A stretch of DNA of 64,000 nt, from assembly GCA_963705305.1 (NCBI GenBank), contig OY970067.1, forward strand, positions 4,864,001 to 4,928,000. The letters run 5' to 3'. The notes under the pieces are model-generated. The model had not been told where the DNA came from. It worked only from the letters and a program-made list of their open reading frames with translations, and searched no databases. This DNA comes from an uncultured Methylomirabilota bacterium. Lineage in GTDB: Bacteria > Methylomirabilota > Methylomirabilia > Methylomirabilales > 2-02-FULL-66-22. This document shows positions 31,373 to 40,322 of the stretch, in pieces. A program made the translations under genes and the position numbers. Every line of letters begins with the position of its first letter. Within the stretch, counting starts at the first letter, position 1.

Positions 31373-31837
31373 AGCCGTTCCCCCTTTCTGATTGCCGAAA
31401 CCACGTGTGACCCACTCGATTCCCTGCGCCCACTGCGGTGCAAGACTGCAGAGAACTATCTCACCTCCATTTCATCCATTGTTGTGACTTTCATCCAGGA
31501 GATTCCGCCGTCCGTTCGCGACACCTGCCTGCGATTTGGGGACACAGCGATCCGCTCCCGTGGTCCTCACGGCGTGTGGTTCCCACTCGTGCTGTGCATC
31601 CGCCTGGCTCGTCCCCGTACCAGCGCGAGGCGCTTCAGATCGGTCAGCTCCGGGTTCGTCACGTCCTCCCGCAGGCAGCGGCAATGGTAGCGTGGGCGGG
31701 ATCCGAGCAGGAGCCGCTCCGCGTGAGACACGTTGACCATCCTCTCTGTGTTACCGTCGCGCAGCATCTCAGCTCTCTCGGTTACCTCGACTCACATGAG
31801 CAGCCCTTGGCACGGGAAGATGGCAGCGGTGGTGGGG

Positions 31838-33361
31838 TCAGCTCTCCGACAGTAAATTCACCCGGTAAATCTTCACAGGTTCTTCTCTTCCTCGTATCTT
31901 CGCCTCTCCGAGCGATTCCAGCTTCACTGGCACGGTCAGATTCTTCTTTGTAGATTCAGAAATGATGATGCCGCCTCCCAATCGCTTGGTGAGCCCTTCA
32001 AGCCGGGAGGCGACGTTCACCTCATCGCCCAGCAGCGTATAGTCAAATCGTGTCCGCGACCCCACATTTCCCACGATCGCCACGCCGGTGTTCACCCCGA
32101 TCCCGACCTCAAGTCGCGGGAAACCCTCCGTTGCCCCTTTGTCGTTGAGGTCGGAGAGGCGCTTCATCATCTTCACCGCTGTTGTGACTGCCCGATCTGC
32201 CTTATCCAATTGATCCATTGGAGCCCCCCAGAAGGCCATGATCGCATCCCCGATGAATTTATCAACCACCCCGTCGGTCGCGAGGATTTCTGTCGTCATC
32301 TCCGTGAAGTACTTCTGCAGCAGTTCGGTCAACCGCTTCGGTGGCAGCCGCTCGCTGAGGCTCGTAAACGATCGGATATCCGCGAAGAGAATGGAGACCT
32401 CCCGTCTCTCGCCGCCCAGTCCTATCCGCTGGGGGTCCTTCAGGATGGCCTCCATCACCTGCGGGGAAAAGTACCCCTGGATTCTCTGCTTGAAGGCGTT
32501 CTTTTCTTCTTCTGTTTTCTTCCAGCCGTACACGACTTGGAACAGGAAGAAGGACCAAGTGAGCCCCGTCACGATAAGAATCAGCAAGAGTTGATTCCTG
32601 ATGATTCCCTCTTCCAATTGGATGTCTTTGGGAATGATGACCAACCCCATTTGTTTGCCAGAAGCATTGAATATGGGATCGTACAGCACCTTATAGCGCC
32701 GACCATCGCCGGCCTGCATCAGTCGGGTCGTCGGTTTGGGGTAGTCGAAAATACTCTGGTCGGTTCGGACCGGCAGCACGCCAATTCCGGCCTTCAGGTT
32801 GTAGAACAGGTCGATGACGGCGTAGCTGATGTTCTCCGTCGTGTCCCGGGGTTCCACCCTGCAAGCGGTTTCTAGGGATGGGCCGAATTTGGGGACGTTC
32901 GCCCGCAGCTCTCGGTCGGCCGATGCCGTATCTACGGGATTGTCCACTCCCAGGATCACATAGCCATCCGTTAATCTCTTGACATAAATCCGCCACATGC
33001 CGGCGGCTGTCCTGACGGTCTCCGGTTGATCGCTGGTGATGGATCTCACTAGCCGAACCTGTCTGACCAAGCCTGGAACAAAACCATATATGTCAATAAA
33101 GTCGGCGTCTGTCAGCACGATGTAGCGGGGCACCTTGGGAGCAATTTGGTCATACCGCCGGACATCCCATTTGATCTGGGGGCCGAGTTCGTGCGACATC
33201 TCAGCTCCCCAATTCTTCAATTCGGCGTCGATTTTCTCGTTGAGCTGACGCTTGCCAAGGAAGAACTGGGCAAACGCACTAATCGTGAAGAACAGGCAGC
33301 ACAGGAGTGCAATCCACCGCATCTTCAACCAGACCGATTTGGAGAAAAGACGCACGGCCAT
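31838..33361 (-). CDS. Membrane class III adenylate/guanylate cyclase with periplasmic domain
   Basis: Two TMs; ILFADIRSFT, DKFIGDAIMAFWG, DYTLLGDEVNVASRLE. Confidence 0.92.
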   Translation of the reverse strand: MAVRLFSKSVWLKMRWIALLCCLFFTISAFAQFFLGKRQLNEKIDAELKNWGAEMSHELGPQIKWDVRRYDQIAPKVPRYIVLTDADFIDIYGFVPGLVRQVRLVRSITSDQPETVRTAAGMWRIYVKRLTDGYVILGVDNPVDTASADRELRANVPKFGPSLETACRVEPRDTTENISYAVIDLFYNLKAGIGVLPVRTDQSIFDYPKPTTRLMQAGDGRRYKVLYDPIFNASGKQMGLVIIPKDIQLEEGIIRNQLLLILIVTGLTWSFFLFQVVYGWKKTEEEKNAFKQRIQGYFSPQVMEAILKDPQRIGLGGERREVSILFADIRSFTSLSERLPPKRLTELLQKYFTEMTTEILATDGVVDKFIGDAIMAFWGAPMDQLDKADRAVTTAVKMMKRLSDLNDKGATEGFPRLEVGIGVNTGVAIVGNVGSRTRFDYTLLGDEVNVASRLEGLTKRLGGGIIISESTKKNLTVPVKLESLGEAKIRGREEPVKIYRVNLLSES

Positions 33362-33405
33362 CGTCTGGCTCCTGACGAAGGACCCCCGAATCCGATAGTC
33401 CCGAT

Positions 33406-33650
33406 TCAATTCCTCGGCCACAACTCCGATGCCACCGCCTCCTTCAGTGCCTTGCCATCGAACTGCGGCAGCAAATTAGCCCCGTCAAACCCTCCATCTC
33501 TCGGATGCTCAAGGCATGGGTGGCCAGGAACGCGTCACTGGCCTTGGCACTGATCTTCTGGGCCGTGCCCCCCGCGGTGCCCGGCGGGGGAGGCAGCCCC
33601 TCCACGAGATTCGGGAGATAGACGGACAGGGCTGCGACGATGGCCCCGGA
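33406..33650 (-). pseudogene. 3' remnant of a probable DNA/RNA non-specific endonuclease, copy 2
   Basis: ALSVYLPN...LATHALSIREMEGLTGL[fs]LLPQFDGKALKEAVASELWPRN*. Confidence 0.58.
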
Positions 33651-33714
33651 GGCTGGAGAATCCCTTCGGGGACGAGCACGAAAAGGGGAAGCGCCCCATA
33701 CCGTCTTACTCTTT

Positions 33715-34338
33715 TCATTTGCGGTCGGGCTCCTGCGCGCTCGCCGGCACTTGTCTCTTCGCCATATACTCCTTAACGAAGCGGTAGACATCGTCCCACG
33801 TCTTCGCCCGAGGTTCATCGAAGCCCCCATTAGTGGAATTGGCGAAGCAGATCGTGTAGAGGCCACGGCCGCGCAGCAGCTTGAGTGTATCTGGGGAATC
33901 ATCGACATACACATCCGCGCCAACCTGGTCCTTTTCGCGCATAAAGCACAAGTCCCAATACGGGATGGCGTTCTCGTCCAGCCACTCTATGGTCTGTTGT
34001 ATCGCGGTGGCGTGAAAGTGCGAGATGAAAAGCCGGTGAGTGATGATTCTGATACGCACGTCCTCGTCCGAGAGCCTTCTCAGCACCCTTCGAGCGCCTG
34101 GAAACATTGCCTCATTTTTGAAGAGCGCGCGCTGAGTAACCGCCCACCCGTGGAGACTCCGGTACTGATCCCTCCCCTTGATGCCCCACCCTGGCAGCCC
34201 CCAAGATACTTCGGTAGGCAACTCTCCCACTGGACGTTCGAGCCGCTCTGCCGCCATTTCGCGCATCTTGCCGTAGAAATCAGCGACCACACCATCGAGG
34301 TCAACACCAAGTACCAAGGGGTCTGCGGGAAATGTCAT
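33715..34338 (-). CDS. HAD 5'(3')-deoxyribonucleotidase (NT5C-like)
   Basis: [15 protein letters not shown]....D.YVDDSP. Confidence 0.85.
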   Translation of the reverse strand: MTFPADPLVLGVDLDGVVADFYGKMREMAAERLERPVGELPTEVSWGLPGWGIKGRDQYRSLHGWAVTQRALFKNEAMFPGARRVLRRLSDEDVRIRIITHRLFISHFHATAIQQTIEWLDENAIPYWDLCFMREKDQVGADVYVDDSPDTLKLLRGRGLYTICFANSTNGGFDEPRAKTWDDVYRFVKEYMAKRQVPASAQEPDRK

Positions 34339-34356
34339 CGCTGGTCTCCCTTTGTC

Positions 34357-35283
34357 TCAGGCCGCCCTCTGGAACAGTACGAACCGCTCCTCCAGGAACT
34401 CTCGCCTCGGCCGCAACCGCTCCGCATGCGGCACGACAATCCGGCTCCCTTGCAGCTCCTGCAGCCCGTACTTAAGCATCGGCCCATCCACTTCCTTCAA
34501 GATGTCCAACCTGACCTCTACCGCAAGATCGGGCCGCACCCCGAGGATGTGCCGGTCGAAGGCGGCATGGTGGAGCTTGCACAGAGCAAGGCCATTCGGA
34601 ACAACCGGCTCCCCCTTGGGGTGGCCATCGGGGAGGATATGGGCGGCCTCCAGGAGTTCGGCGTGGCGAAGGCGACACATGGCACACTGGGTCTGGTAGG
34701 CCTGGAGGACCCGCTGCCGGAAGCTCTCCTGGTGGAGCCGGCGCTGGATAAGGGTAGTGATGTATTGTCGGCGGGCCTCGACGGTGGCCCCCGCCACCTC
34801 CTGGTCGAGGGTGGCGTGCTTGGCATCATCCACAGCCACGCTGAAGAAGAGGTGGGCGGGATCGTCGCCCACGATATAGACAGGCCAGACAGGGAGATGC
34901 TGGCCGGGGACTACTCCGAAGAGGTAGACCAGGGGCACGCGGCAGTGCATGGCCAGCCGGAGACCAGCGTTGTCACGGTGGGAGGGGTCGGTGCCTCGAT
35001 AGCGGTAGAGGAGGAGGCCTCCTGGCCCAACCCCGTCCTCGTAGGGGCGGGGCTTCCCCTCCACGATTGGTGCAGTGGCGATGCTGAGCGGCATCACAGG
35101 GAGGAGACCCGGCTTGAAGATGCCCTGGGGACCGATCGGGGGGATGCGGGTGCCGTCGAAGGTGAACCCGCTGGCCAGGGTGGTACGGGGAAGCACCTCC
35201 CCGTGCAGCCGGGTCTGTTCCGTGAGGAAGCCGAAGGCCGCCAGCCGGACGCGTTGGTCCAGATCAACCGCGGTTCCGTCCAC
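34357..35283 (-). CDS. HNH endonuclease (putative restriction endonuclease)
   Basis: RLHQESFR..VL.AY...CAMC..LLEAAHI..NGLALCKLHHAAFD. Confidence 0.9.
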   Translation of the reverse strand: MDGTAVDLDQRVRLAAFGFLTEQTRLHGEVLPRTTLASGFTFDGTRIPPIGPQGIFKPGLLPVMPLSIATAPIVEGKPRPYEDGVGPGGLLLYRYRGTDPSHRDNAGLRLAMHCRVPLVYLFGVVPGQHLPVWPVYIVGDDPAHLFFSVAVDDAKHATLDQEVAGATVEARRQYITTLIQRRLHQESFRQRVLQAYQTQCAMCRLRHAELLEAAHILPDGHPKGEPVVPNGLALCKLHHAAFDRHILGVRPDLAVEVRLDILKEVDGPMLKYGLQELQGSRIVVPHAERLRPRREFLEERFVLFQRAA

Positions 35284-35664
35284 TCCGGCTCCTCCGCTGT
35301 GGCGGCGATCGCTGCCGCGTTGGCCGAGGCAAGAAGTGTGCGGGCCAGAGAGAGCCCGGGAGACGCGTCGGCTGGGATGGTGAAGCCGCCCTTTGGGAGA
35401 TGATGGAATCGGGTGGCTGAGGGGGAGCGTACTCCTCGCCGGGGGGTCAGTCAAGAATCAAGACGGGGTAGGAATGGATCCTGGCATCTTGCTCTGGCCT
35501 CTGTCCTTTCTATGAATCATAACCATTCAGAATCACTGGAACCAGCCTAGGCTTTCTGCTATGCTACGCCGTCTTTGGGACCATCCAATCTAATTGGCGG
35601 TGACACACGGTGTGCTGTGACCCGCCCCCCCACGCCCTCTTTGCTGGAGGGAGGAGAGGAACCA

Positions 35665-35919
35665 ATGCCAACTGAGCTCACCACCACCCTACGGAAGGCC
35701 TTGGCCGAGCTACAGGCAGAGCAGGCACGGCTGGACCGGCAGATTGTGGCGGTCCGGCAGATTCTCGCGGGAGATAAGCGCAGGCAAGTTCGGCGTGCCC
35801 CCGTGAAGCAGCGGGCCAAGGGACGGAAGCCGATGAGCGCTAAGGCCCGGAAGGCGCTGAGCCGGCGGATGAAGGCGTTCTGGGCGAAGCGGCGGGCGGC
35901 GAAGGCCAAGGCATCCTGA
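35665..35919 (+). CDS. Small basic coiled-coil protein, putative DNA-binding
   Basis: Strong SD GGAGGAG; coiled coil plus KPMSAKARKALSRRMKAFWAKRR. Confidence 0.75.
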   Translation: MPTELTTTLRKALAELQAEQARLDRQIVAVRQILAGDKRRQVRRAPVKQRAKGRKPMSAKARKALSRRMKAFWAKRRAAKAKAS

Positions 35920-36171
35920 ACGTAGGGGGGGCAGCGGCACCTCCCGCTCTCTTCGCGTAGGAGCCCCTCGTCCCAGATCGCTAAAATCCCGATTGGTCGT
36001 GCGGCTTTGATCCTGACTCCTCATCCGCCCAGTTCTTCCGAGGGGTTGCTCATACTTTTCTGCTGGTACATTCTACCTGGGTTGCTCTCGCGGTCGTCGC
36101 ATGCGACGAATCAACTCCAGTATGCTGAGACAGCACTTGTTGAATACTCGCTGAATGCCTCAAAATACTTC

Positions 36172-36199
36172 TTGACAAATAAAGAGGCCAGCGCAGAAT
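36172..36199 (+). promoter_or_regulatory. Putative sigma70 promoter of the hxs cluster
   Basis: TTGACA-16 bp-CAGAAT about 50 nt before the hxsA SD. Confidence 0.45.
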
Positions 36200-36250
36200 T
36201 AATGGCACGCTGATGTATCCCTACCTTTCGAATGCGCCAGGAGGGGAGCC

Positions 36251-36562
36251 ATGGCAATCATTCCAAAGGTGAACAAGGGGCTCGGTTCTGGTCTCACCAG
36301 ATCCGAGAAGATCCGAAAGACCATCCTCGGCGTCGCTCTCGCAGTCGGCGCGGGAGCCACCGCGCTGGCTGCTTTCCCTGCGACCGCCGCCGCCAACGTT
36401 CCTAGTGTTGGCCCCCCAAGCGTGGACCGGGGGGCCCTTGTGCTCAGCCAGCCATCCGCGCAATCGGCCCAGGGACAGGTGGCTCAGGCCACTGACCACT
36501 ACTCCCACGCGTCTCACGAGTCACATGCGTCTCACTCTTCGCACTATTCGAGCAGCTATTAG
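36251..36562 (+). CDS. hxsA: His-Xaa-Ser repeat precursor peptide (short HxsA type)
   Basis: C-terminus HYS-HAS-HES-HAS-HSS-HYS-SSY; SD AGGAGG. Confidence 0.9.
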   Translation: MAIIPKVNKGLGSGLTRSEKIRKTILGVALAVGAGATALAAFPATAAANVPSVGPPSVDRGALVLSQPSAQSAQGQVAQATDHYSHASHESHASHSSHYSSSY

Positions 36563-36570
36563 GAAGACAG

Positions 36571-37038
36571 GTGGACGGTCCCGAAGGAAGGAGGGCTGAC
36601 ACCGCTCTCCAGTCTGGAACAGATGAATTAGGGGTCTACGCGTGGGTCAGCGTAGACCCCTCATTGTTTAGTCAGACCGTAGTCTTCAAGACGGCGTACT
36701 GGTTCTCAGAGCGCTTCTACCTTTACCTCTCCAAGGCGCCCGACGGGCGGCTCCTCGTGGAACTCCGCCATAAGACCACTGGCACCGCGGAAGAACTCAC
36801 CGTCGCCTGCCGTGAGTTCTGCAACAGTTTGCTCGACCACGCCGTGCGGCAGCAGGTTCTCCAGGAAACCTCTGCCACCCGCGACGCGCTGATTCGCAAG
36901 GCATTCTTTGATGTGCGAAGTCCGGACGCGGCCCGCCAGGTCCAGGCGAATGAAGGGTCGGTGCCACGGGAGGGGCAGAGCTACCGGGAAGATCCCCTCG
37001 GGATCGGAATGCGACCACAACAGGCAACCGACCAATGA
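36571..37038 (+). CDS. hxsD: His-Xaa-Ser system protein HxsD
   Basis: VFKTAYWF and FCNSLLDHAVRQQV..ET..TRDALIRKAF; position in cluster. Confidence 0.82.
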   Translation: MDGPEGRRADTALQSGTDELGVYAWVSVDPSLFSQTVVFKTAYWFSERFYLYLSKAPDGRLLVELRHKTTGTAEELTVACREFCNSLLDHAVRQQVLQETSATRDALIRKAFFDVRSPDAARQVQANEGSVPREGQSYREDPLGIGMRPQQATDQ

Positions 37039-37274
37039 GATTTGCCCGAACCATCGACACCACGATCTATCCTCGGGGGGCGCTGGCCGACATGCGACAG
37101 GCGTATCGCGACTTCTGCTCCATCTCCGTCACGCCCGGCAATATCCCCGACCTCGTTGATCTCACCATCGACGTTCGAGAACAGTACGAATCCAACGGGC
37201 GCCAGATCGTGCTCGAAGCGTGGAACTATCTGCTGGATCGCGCCTGTCAGATCCACTTCGAGCACCCCACGTAG
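37035..37274 (+). CDS. Second small HxsD-like protein
   Basis: ATGA overlap with hxsD; IYP...L...AY and EAWNYLLD resemble the HxsD motifs. Confidence 0.65.
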   Translation: MRFARTIDTTIYPRGALADMRQAYRDFCSISVTPGNIPDLVDLTIDVREQYESNGRQIVLEAWNYLLDRACQIHFEHPT

Positions 37275-37308
37275 CCCCACGGGGGCAGCACCGAGTCCCG
37301 ATCCGCTC

Positions 37309-38838
37309 ATGGACATGCACGCGGCCCATCCGTTCTGCTCGCCCTCGGAGGGAGCGTCAAGCTCTTCATCGTACCGCCTGCTTCCCTTCACCTTCGAGCG
37401 CTGGTCGCCAGGGGAATACCTGCTGGTCAACGAGGCGGGGGAGTTCCTGCGCTGCCCGTCCGAGGGGTTCTTGGCCTTCGTGGGGCATGCCTTGCCGGCC
37501 ACCGACACCCTGTACCTGGATCTGAAGGCCAAGCACTTCCTGGCGGACGGTGTCTCGTCGGCCTGCCTCGATATGCTCGCCGCGAAGTACCGCGCGAAGA
37601 AAGGCTTCATCGAGGGATTCACCAAGCTCCACATGCTCGTCCCGACCATTCGCTGCAATAACGCCTGTTCCTACTGCCAGGTCTCGCGGCGGGACCGGGA
37701 CACCTCCCCGGCCTCCGACATGACGGAGGCGATCCTGCATCGATCGGTCGATCTGATGCTGACCTCCCCGAGCCCCCATCTCACGATGGAGTTCCAGGGG
37801 GGCGAACCGCTCCTCCGGTTCGATCTGGTCAAGGAGGCCGTAGAATATGCCAAGGAGCGCAACGTCTCAGGGAGGAAGCAGATCACCATGGTGGTCTGCA
37901 CCAACCTCACGTTGCTGGAAGACGAGCATCTCAACTTCTTCCGCCAGCACGGCGTCCTGATTTCCACCTCGGTCGATGGGCCGGCCTTCCTCCACGAGTT
38001 GAACCGACCTCCCCGGTCACCCGCGTCCGGTTACGCGACGGTGGAGCGCAACATCCGCCGCGCTCAGGAGGCACTCGGGCGTGAGGCCGTCTCGGCCCTC
38101 ATGACCACCACCCGCGCAAGCTTGAAGTTCCCGCGGGAGATTGTCGATGAGTATCTCCGGCTAGACCTGGGGTCCCTATTCGTCCGAGAGCTCAACCCGT
38201 ACGGGTACGCGGTTCGAGCGGCAGCCCAAATTGGCTACACCCCGGAGGAGTTCTTCCGCTTCTACACGAATGTCCTGGACTACATCCTGGACATCAACCG
38301 GCGGGGGCGCACCTTTGCCGAGAGTTACGCGGGACTCGTCCTCCGGAAGATACTCACCCCCTGGTCCGTGGGCTTCGTGGACCTCCAGTCGCCAGCCGCC
38401 GCCGGCATCGGGGCTGTTTTGTATAACTTCGACGGCAACGTCTACCCCTCGGACGAGGCGCGCATGCTCGCCGAGGCGGGAGACTGCACCTTCCGCTTGG
38501 GGAATGTCCTGGAAGGCGACTTTGCCGCGATCTTCTTGGGCGAGACCATGGAGGCGATGGTGCCGGCCGCCTGCAACGAATCGCTGGCTGGCTGCTCCGA
38601 GTGCGCCTACCGCGTCTATTGCGGGGCGGACCCCGTCCGCCATTACGCCACCCAGCGGGACCTCTTCGGGAACCGACCGGCGAGCGGGTTTTGCAAGAAG
38701 AATAGGGCCATCATCCGGCACCTGTTCGAGCTGGTGTTCGCCGCCGAGAAGGATCAGGACTTGGAGCGGATCCTGTGGAGCTGGATCTCCCGGGAAGACC
38801 AGTCGCGCCTCAAGATCCCGGAGGTGTGCCTCCCATGA
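37309..38838 (+). CDS. hxsB: His-Xaa-Ser radical SAM/SPASM maturase HxsB
   Basis: YRLLPF.F, CNNACSYCQVS, EFQGGEP, YPSDEARML, CSECAYRVYCGADP. Confidence 0.92.
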   Translation: MDMHAAHPFCSPSEGASSSSSYRLLPFTFERWSPGEYLLVNEAGEFLRCPSEGFLAFVGHALPATDTLYLDLKAKHFLADGVSSACLDMLAAKYRAKKGFIEGFTKLHMLVPTIRCNNACSYCQVSRRDRDTSPASDMTEAILHRSVDLMLTSPSPHLTMEFQGGEPLLRFDLVKEAVEYAKERNVSGRKQITMVVCTNLTLLEDEHLNFFRQHGVLISTSVDGPAFLHELNRPPRSPASGYATVERNIRRAQEALGREAVSALMTTTRASLKFPREIVDEYLRLDLGSLFVRELNPYGYAVRAAAQIGYTPEEFFRFYTNVLDYILDINRRGRTFAESYAGLVLRKILTPWSVGFVDLQSPAAAGIGAVLYNFDGNVYPSDEARMLAEAGDCTFRLGNVLEGDFAAIFLGETMEAMVPAACNESLAGCSECAYRVYCGADPVRHYATQRDLFGNRPASGFCKKNRAIIRHLFELVFAAEKDQDLERILWSWISREDQSRLKIPEVCLP

Positions 38839-40031
38839 AGCTCTCGGCAATCGGCACCCCTCGCGGCTTGACCGCCAGTCCGATCGCGCGAGTCACCCGG
38901 AGGTCCCACGATCCGGCCGAGCGTTCCCTGTACTATCGCGTCCTGGAGGACGGGACCGCGCCCGGCTCTCCAGAGGAGATTCAGGGGTACCTCGGCGTGC
39001 TGGTCGCCGCGAACGCGCCCCCCTGGGTCCCCCCGAGAGATGTGCCGGTCATCTCCGGCTTCCGGGATCTGTCCTTCCTTGAGGAGGACGCCATTGTCAA
39101 GATCGGGGCCTCCACGGGACGGCTCAGAGTGCTCTACCGCCCCAGCTCGGCCCATAATGCGCTCTTGGTGACCTCGGCCTGCAATAACCGGTGCATCATG
39201 TGCTCCCAGCCCCCCACGAAAGAGCCCGACGATCCCCTCGACGAGCAGTTGCGGGTCATCGACCTCATCTCGGGCCAGCCCGAGTCCCTTGCCATCACCG
39301 GGGGGGAGCCGACCCTCCTCAAGGAGGGGCTGTTCACGCTTCTGGCGCGTCTCCGAGACCGCCTCCCGCATACCGCAGTCCACCTCCTCACCAATGGACG
39401 CCTGTACGCCTACGAGGACTACGTCCGGCATCTCTCGGAGATCGCACATCCCCACTTTACCTCCGCCATCCCCCTCTACGCCGATGTCGCCCCCCTGCAT
39501 GATGCCATCGTGGGTGCTCCCGGGGCGTTCGATCAGGCCGTCCATGGCCTCTACAATGCCGCCAAGTACGCCCTGAGCTTGGAAATTCGGGTGGTCTTGC
39601 AGCGCCCAACGATCCGGCGGCTGCCCCAGCTGGCGGAATTCATCTACCGGAACTTTCCCTTTGTGAATCACATCGCCTTCATGGGCTTGGAAAACATGGG
39701 GTATGCCGTCAAGAACTGGGACACGCTGTGGGTGGACCCCGTCGAATATGCGCCCACCCTCGAAGCGTGCGTACGGTCCCTCTTTGTCCGCCGGATGAGT
39801 GTGTCCCTCTACAACCTGCAGCTCTGCACCCTGCCCAGATCGCTCTGGTGGTTCGCGAGAAAGAGCATCTCGGAATACAAGAGCATTTACGTCGAGGAGT
39901 GCGTGGCTTGCGGCGCCAAAGACTTGTGTGGCGGCCTCTTCGCTTCCACAAAGCGGAGGCACAGCGCATTCCTGCATCCCATCCGGCGGAGTTCTGCGGG
40001 TCCACCCCTGCTTTCGCCTCGCCTGGCTTGA
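38835..40031 (+). CDS. hxsC: His-Xaa-Ser radical SAM maturase HxsC
   Basis: CNNRCIMCSQPP, ITGGEPT, MGLE..G, YNLQLC, CVAC..KDLCGG; ATGA overlap. Confidence 0.92.
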   Translation: MKLSAIGTPRGLTASPIARVTRRSHDPAERSLYYRVLEDGTAPGSPEEIQGYLGVLVAANAPPWVPPRDVPVISGFRDLSFLEEDAIVKIGASTGRLRVLYRPSSAHNALLVTSACNNRCIMCSQPPTKEPDDPLDEQLRVIDLISGQPESLAITGGEPTLLKEGLFTLLARLRDRLPHTAVHLLTNGRLYAYEDYVRHLSEIAHPHFTSAIPLYADVAPLHDAIVGAPGAFDQAVHGLYNAAKYALSLEIRVVLQRPTIRRLPQLAEFIYRNFPFVNHIAFMGLENMGYAVKNWDTLWVDPVEYAPTLEACVRSLFVRRMSVSLYNLQLCTLPRSLWWFARKSISEYKSIYVEECVACGAKDLCGGLFASTKRRHSAFLHPIRRSSAGPPLLSPRLA

Positions 40032-40066
40032 CGACTCCGGTCAAACATCGCTCCTAGGGTGCCCGA

Positions 40067-40152
40067 ACTCGCAACAGAAGAGCGAAAGTGGTGCGAGCTG
40101 CCTCCGGCGACGACCCCTAACTCTTTGAAATCCGTAACGAACTGTTGCGAGT
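40067..40152 (-). repeat. 86-bp three-box module, copy B (inverted relative to A)
   Basis: Reverse complement reads ACTCGCAACA..GCTCGCACCACTT..TTCTGTTGCGAGT with the same spacing as A. Confidence 0.8.
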
Positions 40153-40322
40153 TTGTGAGATGGTTCGTCGCGAAGGAGGGGGGTCCTTGTCCTGGGGTCT
40201 TCCCCTAGCCCCACAAGGTAATCCACCCCAGGTCCTGAGCGAGGGGTGGCAGCCGCACGGCACCCAGATCCTGCCCCGCGGTGCCATAGAGTACCGTCTC
40301 TCGGCTCCCGAAGCCCATCCCT

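Noticed and set aside
30484..33421. Shared 'MAEEL' N-terminus of the ORFs at 30546 and 33421
   Set aside because: An out-of-frame reading of the nuclease-tail repeat; better starts are 30483 and 33361
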